Part shown: piece by piece, positions 51,624-60,888 of the stretch
How the letters are laid out: the number at the start of each line of letters is the position of its first letter
Numbering within the stretch: the stretch's first letter is position 1
IMG/VR virus record: IMGVR_UViG_3300020213_000018
Strand: one strand, 5' to 3'
From: an uncultured virus (IMG/VR IMGVR_UViG_3300020213_000018)
Lineage: Duplodnaviria > Heunggongvirae > Uroviricota > Caudoviricetes
DNA length: 61,105 nt
The notes under the pieces: generated by a model
What the model was told of the DNA's origin: nothing
The model's input: the letters and a program-made list of their open reading frames with translations, nothing else
Databases searched by the model: none
Program-made: the position numbers and the translations under genes

Positions 51624-54040
51624 TATTTCACGATAGATTTAAGTGCGTTTAATTTAGCTTCTTTATTATCACTTCCTGAATTTAATTCATAAGTAACGAA
51701 TGGTACTTTGTATTTATTTAAAATAGCTTTAGCCTCATCCATACTTTCAGGAATAATAGCATACTTAATTTCCCTAACTTCAATATAATCAGGTGTATTA
51801 GCGTTTACATTGTGTAAAACTAAAACTAATGGCTTTGGTATTAATTTACTATCATAATCGTTTTCAATATTAATAAAATGCACTGTTGGATAATAGAACC
51901 CACCTTTTTTATCAGCAAACATCAATGTTGAAAAATCACTACTGATTACACCAACTGTTGATGGTTTAGATTCAGTTTCAGTATCGGATACTGAACCACC
52001 TTCTTCAAAAGTTACTTCGTTTTTCATCTTGTTTACTATTTCATTCAACGCCTTAATTCTATTTTTTATTCTTTTTTCTCTATCCTTCTCATCATACTTA
52101 TAAGTTTCAATATTTTTCATCCCGTGCTTTTTTAGAATATCAATTGCTTCCTTAAATTCTTCGGGAACAATAGCACCAACAAACTCATTCAATCTTACTG
52201 ATTTTTTTAGTTTAACTTCAAAATATTCAGTAGGTGAATTTCTTACTGACATTGCAGCTTCATGAACATTATTTATTATTTCAGTTGGTAAATCATTAAA
52301 ATCTTCACCTCTAAAAATACGTTGTATTTGTTCATCAGTTGGTTCATTATATTGACCAACTTTTCCTAAAGCATTATAAAATGAATGTGATGAATCCTGA
52401 TACTTATAATATCCCCTTGCTTGGTCTGCCTTATCAATTAATTCAGTTTGGTTTGCGAGAAACTTCTGAAAATCTTTATCACTAATTACCTTATCAAAAT
52501 CTGATTTTGCAGCAGATAATGATTTATATTCTTTAGATGCAAGTGCAGAGGCATTGCCTAATCTATAAGAGAAACCTTCGGCATTTTTTAATCCCTGACT
52601 TTTCATGTATCTTTCTACATTTTCAAGTGTCATAGGCACTTTACGACCACTTACTGACTGAATAAAATAATGACCAACAACAGCGTTATTTGATAATTCA
52701 TAAACAAACTCCTGAATTTCAGCAGAGTGTTTATTACTAAATTTACTTTCTTCAAAATAATCACCTAATTTACTTTCGTTAATTATTTTTTCAGATTCAT
52801 AAAGTGATTTTATTTCGGTTATAATCTCTACACCCGTTGCATAAAATATTTTACCATCCTTTAAATTATTTTCAATTATTTCTTTACCTAAGTCAACAAT
52901 AATATCGTCAATAGACTTTTTACCGTTAGCGTATTTCATACGTAACATACTCTTATCCGAATGTGTTTCTACATAAAAATCAGTTATTAATTTTGTGGCT
53001 TTTTCATCATCATGCTGATAATGTTTAATTTCTTTTAATTCAGGATACTTTTTATCAATTAATTTTTTTAAAAAATCAATTGCTTTTTTTTGTGGTTCTG
53101 TACTTAGTATTACTTGTAATGGTTTGTATTTATATTCAATTGGAACGTTAATACCTTTTACATTAGCGAAAGCCAACATGAACCTATTATTGTATTCTAC
53201 ATCAGAAATAACCTTTCTTACAGTTTCTTTACCTTGCTCAATTTTATCATATACATACCTAAATCCTTCGTAAACTAACTTACGTACCTGATTATCTTCT
53301 ATATTTTTCAAGAACTCAGTATCTTCACCGTAAGGTATAATGTATTTTGAAAAATTAGCTTCCAATTTCTTACGGTCTATTTTCATGTAAACCGTTGGGA
53401 AACGTGGAGAGTATATATCCCTGTTGTATAGTTTATTCTTGGCACTTTCCTTTGGGTCATACAGGTCTTTCGGTGCAACCAAAGTGATTTCACCATACTT
53501 CACAAATGGAATATTTGGATTTATTATAGCAAGACTTGGCATCGGAAGTCCGCCCATCTCGTCAGCGAAAATTAAATGTTCAAACCATAAGTTATGAACG
53601 CCAATTAAACGAGTATCTTTATCCGCTAATTGTCCGCCAAGACGATTACTGTAAGTATCTGCTGCATCAGCAGTAACTCTACAATTTTTTTCTGATTGTA
53701 AAACATTTATGATGTCCTTCGCTGAACCATTCATATCCCTACGCTTATCGTCAAGTACAACAGGTCGGCAGATGATAAAATCATTGCTGCTACTTTTACC
53801 CTGCTCGAAGACACAATGGTTATCCTGAAATATAGCTTGTAGTATTTCTTTATTGGTTTTATTTTTAAATTCGTATTGTTTATTATGAGCCATAACAGTT
53901 TTACAAATATGGTATTCATCTTTTTCAATTTCCACCTTACGAACCCCGTCAACAATGGATTGTATGCCTCCTTCGGTATGTAATTTTCCTTTATACAATC
54001 CCGATTTTGAATTAGGAGGAAGGTTTATGATATTGCTCAT
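51623..54040 (-). CDS. polyvalent-type protein with HNL..GG..MPS domain
   Basis: N-terminal GKLHTEGGI..EIEKDE; LIGVHNL..GGLPMPSLAI..YGEITLV..DIYSPRFP..EYFEVK; degenerate C-terminal copy. Confidence 0.7.
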   Translation of the reverse strand: MSNIINLPPNSKSGLYKGKLHTEGGIQSIVDGVRKVEIEKDEYHICKTVMAHNKQYEFKNKTNKEILQAIFQDNHCVFEQGKSSSNDFIICRPVVLDDKRRDMNGSAKDIINVLQSEKNCRVTADAADTYSNRLGGQLADKDTRLIGVHNLWFEHLIFADEMGGLPMPSLAIINPNIPFVKYGEITLVAPKDLYDPKESAKNKLYNRDIYSPRFPTVYMKIDRKKLEANFSKYIIPYGEDTEFLKNIEDNQVRKLVYEGFRYVYDKIEQGKETVRKVISDVEYNNRFMLAFANVKGINVPIEYKYKPLQVILSTEPQKKAIDFLKKLIDKKYPELKEIKHYQHDDEKATKLITDFYVETHSDKSMLRMKYANGKKSIDDIIVDLGKEIIENNLKDGKIFYATGVEIITEIKSLYESEKIINESKLGDYFEESKFSNKHSAEIQEFVYELSNNAVVGHYFIQSVSGRKVPMTLENVERYMKSQGLKNAEGFSYRLGNASALASKEYKSLSAAKSDFDKVISDKDFQKFLANQTELIDKADQARGYYKYQDSSHSFYNALGKVGQYNEPTDEQIQRIFRGEDFNDLPTEIINNVHEAAMSVRNSPTEYFEVKLKKSVRLNEFVGAIVPEEFKEAIDILKKHGMKNIETYKYDEKDREKRIKNRIKALNEIVNKMKNEVTFEEGGSVSDTETESKPSTVGVISSDFSTLMFADKKGGFYYPTVHFINIENDYDSKLIPKPLVLVLHNVNANTPDYIEVREIKYAIIPESMDEAKAILNKYKVPFVTYELNSGSDNKEAKLNALKSIVK

Positions 54041-54117
54041 TTTTTACTTTAATTTAGACATTGTTAATATTTCCTTAAAATGTTTACTATCAGTCTTTAG
54101 CATATTAATTATCTTAG

Positions 54118-54136
54118 CAAAAATAACTATAAACAA
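54118..54136 (-). promoter_or_regulatory. putative Bacteroidota-type -7 promoter box for the giant-protein operon
   Basis: TATTTTTG on the minus strand, same context as at 23099. Confidence 0.5.
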
Positions 54137-54192
54137 CCCTGTTTAAAAATATATTTTTTAACTATCAATAATAAAACGTAAATTTATCCAAT

Positions 54193-54216
54193 AACATATA
54201 CGCATTTTTGCGTAAA
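54193..54216. promoter_or_regulatory. palindromic operator-like site TACGCA-N4-TGCGTA
   Basis: AACATATACGCATTTTTGCGTAAA in the divergent intergenic region. Confidence 0.65.
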
Positions 54217-54233
54217 ACTTAATAAACATTAAC

Positions 54234-55457
54234 ATGGCTAAGACAAAAGAAGAAGCACCTAAAAAAAAGGGCAGACCATCTAAAAAACAAGTGGTTGCTG
54301 AAAAAAAACAGACTAAAAAAACGACGGAAAAAAAACCCGTTAAAAAAAATAACCTGACATCTGAAAAAAAGTCTAAAAAAGTAGATGAAACAGTCGAAAA
54401 AGTTGAAGAAACAGTCGTTGAAAACTATATTGAGCCTATTAAAGAAATAAAAACACAAATATTTGCTGAAATACCTATTACTAAGGTTGAAGAACCGAAG
54501 AAAAAAATTGAAGAAAAAAATGTGGTAAAACAACAATCAAATCCAAACAGTATATCTCCTGTTGATGACGATGATGATGATGAAAAAACAAATCAAATTA
54601 ATAATCCAAATAATTCACCTCAAAAAGTTTACACCTGTAAGAAAGGTGCTGTGTTCATGGAAGGACATTTAAAAATTCAGATTGATGATACAAACATAAG
54701 TCGTAAAAACGATACCATATTTGATGTGTTTGGTAAATCTGAACATGGTGCTGAATATAAAACAGAATTTGAGTGCCACGATAAAGAAGAAGGTGATTTT
54801 TTAGCAAAGCAATTAAGTGATTACGAGAAAAATCCCGCTCAATTCATCACCGAAGTTACTGAAACCGAAAAAGTAGCAGAAACTAATACTACACCGCCAC
54901 CAACACAAACCACATCAACAGGTGTACCAAAACCTAATATCCCTTCCCATGCCTTAGATGCAAACGGTAACATTGATATGACTAAACTTACCGCAGCCGA
55001 GATAATGAGTATTCAGAACGGTAATATAAGTAAGGTTGTTGAAGAAAAGAAAACGGTAAATTTTGAAGGAGTACCTGTAACTGCTGTAAATATCGAAGAC
55101 ATGATTAATAATCTACCTCCGAAACCTGAAAATCAAAATATAATTCCTGTACAAAACACGATAAACGATAATATTTCTGCAAAACCGTTAGATTTTTCTA
55201 ACATAATGAATAGTCAAATACTTACTCATATTCGTGCTTATGGCAAATCAGTTCAAGATAGTATTGATGGTTCATTTCAGGCTAATTCTTGGGGTGGTAT
55301 GCCACAAAACGATGTTCGTTCATTCTTAAAAAACTGTGATGGACAATACATTTACGAATTATTATCTGATGGTACAGGATTTTTTATTAATATGAAAAAA
55401 GATTCTAATGAAATAAGGATTCCTGAAAATCCTAATGAATACTTAAAGGTAAAATAA
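54234..55457 (+). CDS. hypothetical protein with basic AT-hook-like N-terminus
   Basis: KKKGRPSKK; low-complexity linkers; followed by a terminator. Confidence 0.7.
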   Translation: MAKTKEEAPKKKGRPSKKQVVAEKKQTKKTTEKKPVKKNNLTSEKKSKKVDETVEKVEETVVENYIEPIKEIKTQIFAEIPITKVEEPKKKIEEKNVVKQQSNPNSISPVDDDDDDEKTNQINNPNNSPQKVYTCKKGAVFMEGHLKIQIDDTNISRKNDTIFDVFGKSEHGAEYKTEFECHDKEEGDFLAKQLSDYEKNPAQFITEVTETEKVAETNTTPPPTQTTSTGVPKPNIPSHALDANGNIDMTKLTAAEIMSIQNGNISKVVEEKKTVNFEGVPVTAVNIEDMINNLPPKPENQNIIPVQNTINDNISAKPLDFSNIMNSQILTHIRAYGKSVQDSIDGSFQANSWGGMPQNDVRSFLKNCDGQYIYELLSDGTGFFINMKKDSNEIRIPENPNEYLKVK

Positions 55458-55478
55458 TCAAATTACATAATGGGAACG

Positions 55479-55512
55479 AAGGAGCTAAAATAATCATAGC
55501 TCCTTTTTTTTT
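55479..55512 (+). terminator. intrinsic terminator
   Basis: AAGGAGCTA-loop-TAGCTCCTT followed by a T run. Confidence 0.8.
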
Positions 55513-56205
55513 ATGGACGAGCAACGTGAGAAAATAATTGAGAAAGCCCTAAAGATAAGGGAACTTGCAAACAGAGGTATCGGTGGCGAGAAGTCAAACG
55601 CTATCCGTATGCTATCAGAATACAGAGAAAAAAATTCCGTTACTGATGCGGAAATGAATTTATTTACATCGTTTGAAACTGAATGGTATAGCGCAAAAAC
55701 ACCCGAACAAAAAAGTGAACCATTCGTTAAATGGTTTGGTAAATCAATTTCAATCGACGGTAAAACAAATGAACCCATCGTATTCTTCCATAAGAGCCGT
55801 ACCACAACAATATTTTACGAGTTCAGGCATGATATAGGTTTAAAATACGACAACAGTAGCTATGGATTTGCGTTTGTACACGAAGATGATTCAAGGGTAA
55901 TAACTCATATAGGTAACAACCATATAAGCAGGGGAGTTGAGTTTAAATGCTATTTAAAGATGGTTAATCCATATTACATATATGCAAAATTAAACGGTGA
56001 ATGTTATGGTCAAAACGGGGAATTACATAAGCCGATTTACATTGACAAAGAGTTCTGTGTAAAAATAATGCGAATGGATTTCGATTCAATAATAGTGCAA
56101 TCCGATACAGGAATAAATTGTTACATCGTGTTCTTCTCAAATCAAATAAAGTCAATCAATAACAATGGTAATTACGACCCTACTAATGATAATATTTTCG
56201 GGTAG
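55513..56205 (+). CDS. DUF2786-like N-terminus fused to an ART-PolyVal-like domain
   Basis: KIIEKALKIRELANRGIGGEKSNA; FVKWFG..EPIVFFH..YLKMVNP..FDSII..NQIKS.NNNGNYDPTNDNI. Confidence 0.7.
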   Translation: MDEQREKIIEKALKIRELANRGIGGEKSNAIRMLSEYREKNSVTDAEMNLFTSFETEWYSAKTPEQKSEPFVKWFGKSISIDGKTNEPIVFFHKSRTTTIFYEFRHDIGLKYDNSSYGFAFVHEDDSRVITHIGNNHISRGVEFKCYLKMVNPYYIYAKLNGECYGQNGELHKPIYIDKEFCVKIMRMDFDSIIVQSDTGINCYIVFFSNQIKSINNNGNYDPTNDNIFG

Positions 56206-56230
56206 TAATTATAATAAAGTCCGCCAAGAA

Positions 56231-56482
56231 TTATTTACCTGACTGTTTTTTTTCAATATCTTTTATTTCATCGTCCAAGTACCAACGTGCCTTACGCAAA
56301 TCCTCTAAGAGTTTATTAGGGTCTTTCTTACCTGCTCTTGCGATGTACTTGAAAGTATTGCCTATGGAAAAGTTCATACCTAAAGCACGAATTATTTTAA
56401 TTACTTCGTATGGATTATCCGCTCCACCATAATGTGATGGGTGATTAACTTGTTCTTTTGCTGTTGCTGTTTTTTTTGCCAT
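56231..56482 (-). CDS. DUF3310 phage protein
   Basis: VNHPSHY, GNTFKYIARAGKK, EDLRKARWYL. Confidence 0.9.
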   Translation of the reverse strand: MAKKTATAKEQVNHPSHYGGADNPYEVIKIIRALGMNFSIGNTFKYIARAGKKDPNKLLEDLRKARWYLDDEIKDIEKKQSGK

Positions 56483-56487
56483 TGTTA

Positions 56488-57408
56488 TTATTCTTTAGGT
56501 GCTAACATTTCAACTTTAATTTCTTCATCCGAAGTATATCCAACTAATTTAAAATCTTTAATAGTGTACTCATTGAAAATACTGTCAATGTCCCTGTATG
56601 AATGGTCAGCCATAATTGTATCAGTCAATCTCATTTCAATTTCACAATTAGGATGCGTGTCAGGATTCCTTGAAAGTAATTGTTTTGCTGCTTCATATTG
56701 ATTATCGTAAAAGTGAACACACTTTAAGTTACCTTCAATAGCTAATGCTTTATATCCTGTTAGATATTCAATTATAGTTGCAAGTAATCCGTATGAAGCG
56801 ATATTAAACGGCAACCCTAAAAACGTATCTACACTGCGCTGAACCCATTGAAGTTCAAAACCAAACTCTCCATTTTCCAAAGGAACACCTATCACTTGGA
56901 ACTCGCTATGGCAGGGTGGTAATGCCGTCATATCAACTTCACATGGATTCCAAGCGTTTACTTTAAGACGACTTGACATTATATCCTTTCTCATATCATC
57001 AATCAAATTCTTAATTTGGTCAGTCTTACCATTAAAGTTTCTCCATTGAACGCTGTAATTTTGCCCTACACTTCCGTAACCTAATTTATTGAAGTCTTCC
57101 TCAGATAAAACCTCTGTGGCGGTCTTTTTATGCCAATTGTAGGCATCCTTATTCCAAATCTTGATTCCGTTATCATTTAAAAATTTAACATCGTTATCGC
57201 CTCTTAAAAACCAAATTAATTCTCCGACAATTCCCTTCCAATACAATTTCTTGTTTGTGATTGCAGGGAAGCCATCTTTAAATTCGTGTCTGAAAGTGTA
57301 ACTCGGTATCTGTAACCTCTTTACTCCACGATTTTTGTTTTCGTACTCTTTACCTTCTGTAAGGATTTTATTGCATAACGCAGCGAACTCTTGGTCTATT
57401 TTTGACAT
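56488..57408 (-). CDS. thyA: thymidylate synthase
   Basis: ELIWFLRG, IWN, LPPCH, QRSVDTFLGLPFNIASY, HFYDNQ. Confidence 0.95.
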   Translation of the reverse strand: MSKIDQEFAALCNKILTEGKEYENKNRGVKRLQIPSYTFRHEFKDGFPAITNKKLYWKGIVGELIWFLRGDNDVKFLNDNGIKIWNKDAYNWHKKTATEVLSEEDFNKLGYGSVGQNYSVQWRNFNGKTDQIKNLIDDMRKDIMSSRLKVNAWNPCEVDMTALPPCHSEFQVIGVPLENGEFGFELQWVQRSVDTFLGLPFNIASYGLLATIIEYLTGYKALAIEGNLKCVHFYDNQYEAAKQLLSRNPDTHPNCEIEMRLTDTIMADHSYRDIDSIFNEYTIKDFKLVGYTSDEEIKVEMLAPKE

Positions 57409-57420
57409 ACTTTTTTTGGG

Positions 57421-57582
57421 TTAAATTGTTATTAGTAAATTTTTAAATGGTTTATTCATCAGGTCAATTAATTTTTGTTGTTGTAATATTGTTTTTTCTA
57501 TTAAAGCCAAATCTTTTTTTGTTAGTTTACCTGATTTTAATTTAGCACCTTTCTTCAATATTGTACTTATGTGTGGTTTCAT
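57421..57582 (-). CDS. small hypothetical protein (53 aa, below the ORF-track cutoff)
   Basis: Manual translation MKPHISTILKKGAKLK...; fills the gap in a co-oriented gene run. Confidence 0.45.
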   Translation of the reverse strand: MKPHISTILKKGAKLKSGKLTKKDLALIEKTILQQQKLIDLMNKPFKNLLITI

Positions 57583-57615
57583 TGTTGTTTTTTTTATAAA
57601 AGTAATTTTTTTTAA

Positions 57616-58119
57616 TTATTCTAGTTCAATTCTATTTTGAAACCTGTTTAATATTTCGTACTTCTTTTCTTCATCGTGATATATATGCGGGTAAAATTCA
57701 CTAAACACGGGGTAAGGACTTCTCATATTTAATTTATCGTGATGATTAAATCCCGTCAAATACAATCTCATATTTTTTATTTTAATAGTCCATACAGGTG
57801 AATGAGTACAATTATTAATCCAATCTTGAAATATGAATCTCAACTGCTCAATTTTTTCATCACTATCAATAGTTTCATTTGATAATTTCATTTTAAAAGA
57901 TTCTTCTCCTGAATCATGCGGTCTTGTATTTAATATGAGTTCAAAATTCTTTACATAACCGCTATATTCAACTGAATAATCTGCACTATAAAACATTGGT
58001 TTATCAGGCAAATTAAGGATATGTATTCCTAATTTTAATCTACTTATTAAGGTTATAAGTAGTTTATTTCTTCTATCAACAAAATCTAATTGTTTTTTCT
58101 CCATAACTAGTGTTTTCAT
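57616..58119 (-). CDS. hypothetical protein
   Basis: 167-aa ORF, start overlaps the upstream stop. Confidence 0.65.
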   Translation of the reverse strand: MKTLVMEKKQLDFVDRRNKLLITLISRLKLGIHILNLPDKPMFYSADYSVEYSGYVKNFELILNTRPHDSGEESFKMKLSNETIDSDEKIEQLRFIFQDWINNCTHSPVWTIKIKNMRLYLTGFNHHDKLNMRSPYPVFSEFYPHIYHDEEKKYEILNRFQNRIELE

Positions 58120-58454
58120 TTTCCCGTAAAATTATTATTGTTAGTATTATAATCCTTAGACTTTGTATTTTCATCTACCGAAACATTAGCGGGTTTAATA
58201 AATGCTTGTTCTAATTGACTTATCACCTCTCTTAAATATTGTGCCGAATCCTTTATTTTCATTTCGTGAGCATTATAAATTACGGTAGTGATGCCTTCAA
58301 CCATTAGTTCAATCCACTTATCAGCATCATCTATATTGAACGTTTCTTTTTCATTATCAACCCAATCTTCCCCCTTAACATAAACTCTTTTTAAGCTAAA
58401 ATGATTCAAACCTTTATCGGTTACATCGGCTTCGATTATTATTCCTGTTTTCAT
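58116..58454 (-). CDS. hypothetical protein
   Basis: 112-aa ORF in a tight gene run. Confidence 0.65.
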   Translation of the reverse strand: MKTGIIIEADVTDKGLNHFSLKRVYVKGEDWVDNEKETFNIDDADKWIELMVEGITTVIYNAHEMKIKDSAQYLREVISQLEQAFIKPANVSVDENTKSKDYNTNNNNFTGK

Positions 58455-58608
58455 ATATATTGTACTTTAAATCCCCTTCTATTTTACCCTTGCTAATTAA
58501 TTGATGCCTGTCTTGTGCTTCGCTCCATTTTTCAGGAAAAAAATTAGTATCTGAATTTTGTCCGATGTAAACATCACGATAAGCCAATTTAATTTGATTA
58601 GCACACAC

Positions 58609-59043
58609 TTAGTCCAAAACTTCAATTTCATAAATATCCCAATCCTTAAATCTATCAAATTCACCAATTGAATCAATTAATTCTTTTCTTACATTATCAT
58701 CAAGTTTTTTGTCTTCCATGTACTCTTTAATTATTATTTTTTTGTACTCTTTTTCAAATTTCAATCTCTTAGCTTCTTTATGCTCTTTCATGGATTTTTC
58801 AGCACCTTCAAGGGTACGATGTAGGCTTATAGTAGCATAACTACTTTCTTCGGTCATTTCGCAATAAACAAATTCGTAAAGTTTATCTAATTTTTGTACA
58901 GAATGAATTACACTATATCCTTCATATATCTGTTTAGGAGTAGAACCTTGAATAGGTAAATTCATTTTTAGAGATGCTATTATTTTATTTGCGTATGATA
59001 ATTCGCAATCAAATATTTCAGAAATTTTTTCTTCTAATATCAT
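58609..59043 (-). CDS. hypothetical protein
   Basis: 144-aa ORF in a tight gene run. Confidence 0.65.
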   Translation of the reverse strand: MILEEKISEIFDCELSYANKIIASLKMNLPIQGSTPKQIYEGYSVIHSVQKLDKLYEFVYCEMTEESSYATISLHRTLEGAEKSMKEHKEAKRLKFEKEYKKIIIKEYMEDKKLDDNVRKELIDSIGEFDRFKDWDIYEIEVLD

Positions 59044-59045
59044 TT

Positions 59046-59276
59046 TTACACCTCATTATTATCTTTAGGTTCGTAATAATCTTTTATTTTTTTAATTTCA
59101 TCATCATTAAAGAAACCAGTGTAAACTGTATTTTTCTTTGATGATTCAAAACCCATGCCCTTTATGTCATTCCTGAACATAAACTGAGTAAATAAATTTA
59201 AACCTTCGGGAGTTTTAAAATCAATATCCAAACGATTGCAGGATTTTATTTCAATATTTTTAACACTATTCGACAT
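59046..59276 (-). CDS. hypothetical protein
   Basis: 76-aa ORF in a tight gene run. Confidence 0.55.
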   Translation of the reverse strand: MSNSVKNIEIKSCNRLDIDFKTPEGLNLFTQFMFRNDIKGMGFESSKKNTVYTGFFNDDEIKKIKDYYEPKDNNEV

Positions 59277-59493
59277 CGTATCTATCCTTCCATTCGTTAA
59301 ATTCCGCTTCTGTTATTTCTGTGCAAGATACAATGTGAAAATGTTTGTAGTTCTCATCCCCTAAGTTGTCAGGAGAAATTTTATTAAGTTCAATAAATTC
59401 CATTGGTGTAGTGTCAATTACATCATTCCAATACATTAACCTTTCGTCATCTCTACGTATTGCACCGTAGGAAATAAAATAGTGTTTTTTCAT
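59266..59493 (-). CDS. hypothetical protein
   Basis: 75-aa ORF in a tight gene run. Confidence 0.55.
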   Translation of the reverse strand: MKKHYFISYGAIRRDDERLMYWNDVIDTTPMEFIELNKISPDNLGDENYKHFHIVSCTEITEAEFNEWKDRYDVE

Positions 59494-59496
59494 GTT

Positions 59497-59685
59497 TTAT
59501 TTTTTTAGCTGTTGTTTTATTTGTTCATATTTCTTTTTTTCACTTGACATAAATTCTTCTTTTGTCATTTCACCTTCGGGTCTTGCTATATCATTGACAT
59601 AATCCCAAACGTATTTTACAGTCTTACCATTTGCGCTAACAGTCATACCTCCATAAGCCTTACATATCTTTGCTAATCCACCCAT
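59497..59685 (-). CDS. hypothetical protein
   Basis: 62-aa ORF in a tight gene run. Confidence 0.55.
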   Translation of the reverse strand: MGGLAKICKAYGGMTVSANGKTVKYVWDYVNDIARPEGEMTKEEFMSSEKKKYEQIKQQLKK

Positions 59686-59709
59686 TTTCGTTTGTATATT
59701 TTATAAATT

Positions 59710-59991
59710 TCACTCACCCTTAAACTTATTTTCAAAACCATCTAAATAATCACCATTTAATTCCCACCATTCATCATGTGATTTTTTTTTGTAGTTCAGT
59801 AACAGCTTTTTTTCTTTGTCTTCTTTTCTACATTCTTTTGAGCAAGTGATAAATGTTTTTTCATAACCCCTATAACCAACACCTACACCAAACTCCCATG
59901 CCTCCCATCTGTTTGACCACTTATCCTGACGACCACAAACATCGCAAGTGCATACAGGCTTATTATCTCGTTTATAAAAAACTACTCTCAT
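59710..59991 (-). CDS. small zinc-finger-like protein
   Basis: CDVCG...CSKEC. Confidence 0.65.
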   Translation of the reverse strand: MRVVFYKRDNKPVCTCDVCGRQDKWSNRWEAWEFGVGVGYRGYEKTFITCSKECRKEDKEKKLLLNYKKKSHDEWWELNGDYLDGFENKFKGE

Positions 59992-60018
59992 TAAAAACTT
60001 AAATATGAACGTTTACTT

Positions 60019-60876
60019 TTACTCATTAATTAAACTTTTAGGTAATTTTTTAAAAAATGCCCCTGCTGCTTTTACGTGTCCTCCGCCTCCATGTTTTTTA
60101 GCAATAAAAGTACAGTCAATATTATCTTTTGTTGCATAAAAAGATACAGTCCATCCTTTACCTGTGTATTGAAAAGGAATCATTATATCATGTTTACTTT
60201 CATCGTACAACGACTTGAACACATCCGAATTGAAACCACCACCATTAAGACAAATAGCTCTTAAACCATCAAACTCAGTTTCAAATGCAGCTTTTTTACA
60301 TTGCTGTTCGTTAACCATAGCTTGATATTTCAATACAATTTTACCTTTTTCAATTATAGAATCAATTGTTTCGTCGTCATCACCGAATAAATAATTCGGG
60401 AATGTTTCAACTGAATTACAGATTATACGCATACCAAATTGGAATGGAAGAATTATATTTTCCCAACGGTCTTTATCTTTATTACGCCAAGTATCGTACT
60501 CGCCTAAAATTAAAATAGCTTTTGGCATAGATTTATCAGGGAAAAGATATTTCCAAGTTCCTTCACACGCTGATATACCATCCTCTAATACAGCTTTACA
60601 GAAAGTTTCACCGTCGCCAACAAATTTTTTATAATCAGATATTTTGGAGGCATGATGGTCAATCCAAGTTAAATCCCATTTAGATTTTTCAGCTAATTTT
60701 AGCATATCGGGCATTTCTAAAGACACATCAGCCATAATAGTAGCTCCATTAATTGCATTAAAATCGAATGATTGCCCGTAATCGTAACCAATCATTTTAG
60801 CATCAGGGTATTTTAATTTAATTATTGCTCCGCTCGTGAACCCATCAAGGTCGGCACTATGGTAAATTCCAATCAT
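60019..60876 (-). CDS. DHH/DHHA1 phosphoesterase
   Basis: YHSADLDG, MADVS, WIDHH, GGGGHVKAAG. Confidence 0.92.
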   Translation of the reverse strand: MIGIYHSADLDGFTSGAIIKLKYPDAKMIGYDYGQSFDFNAINGATIMADVSLEMPDMLKLAEKSKWDLTWIDHHASKISDYKKFVGDGETFCKAVLEDGISACEGTWKYLFPDKSMPKAILILGEYDTWRNKDKDRWENIILPFQFGMRIICNSVETFPNYLFGDDDETIDSIIEKGKIVLKYQAMVNEQQCKKAAFETEFDGLRAICLNGGGFNSDVFKSLYDESKHDIMIPFQYTGKGWTVSFYATKDNIDCTFIAKKHGGGGHVKAAGAFFKKLPKSLINE

Positions 60877-60888
60877 TTTTTTATTTTT

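Noticed and set aside
17891..54040. Recurrent CCACC(G/A)CC short repeats as a CRISPR array
   Set aside because: Irregular spacing of hundreds of nt, degenerate at codon third positions, and always in frame as Gly-Gly; no cas genes
53900..54040. Tape-measure protein call from the G..H..GGI..E motif and xxGG motifs
   Set aside because: No long Ala/Gly-rich helical repeat region and no tail genes nearby
56488..57408. thyA as a dCMP hydroxymethylase for DNA hypermodification
   Set aside because: Retains the dUMP-specifying Asn (LPFN) and canonical ThyA motifs
58414..58608. 64-aa ORF
   Set aside because: Non-ATG start, 41-nt overlap with the next gene, no motif; may be a remnant but cannot be supported
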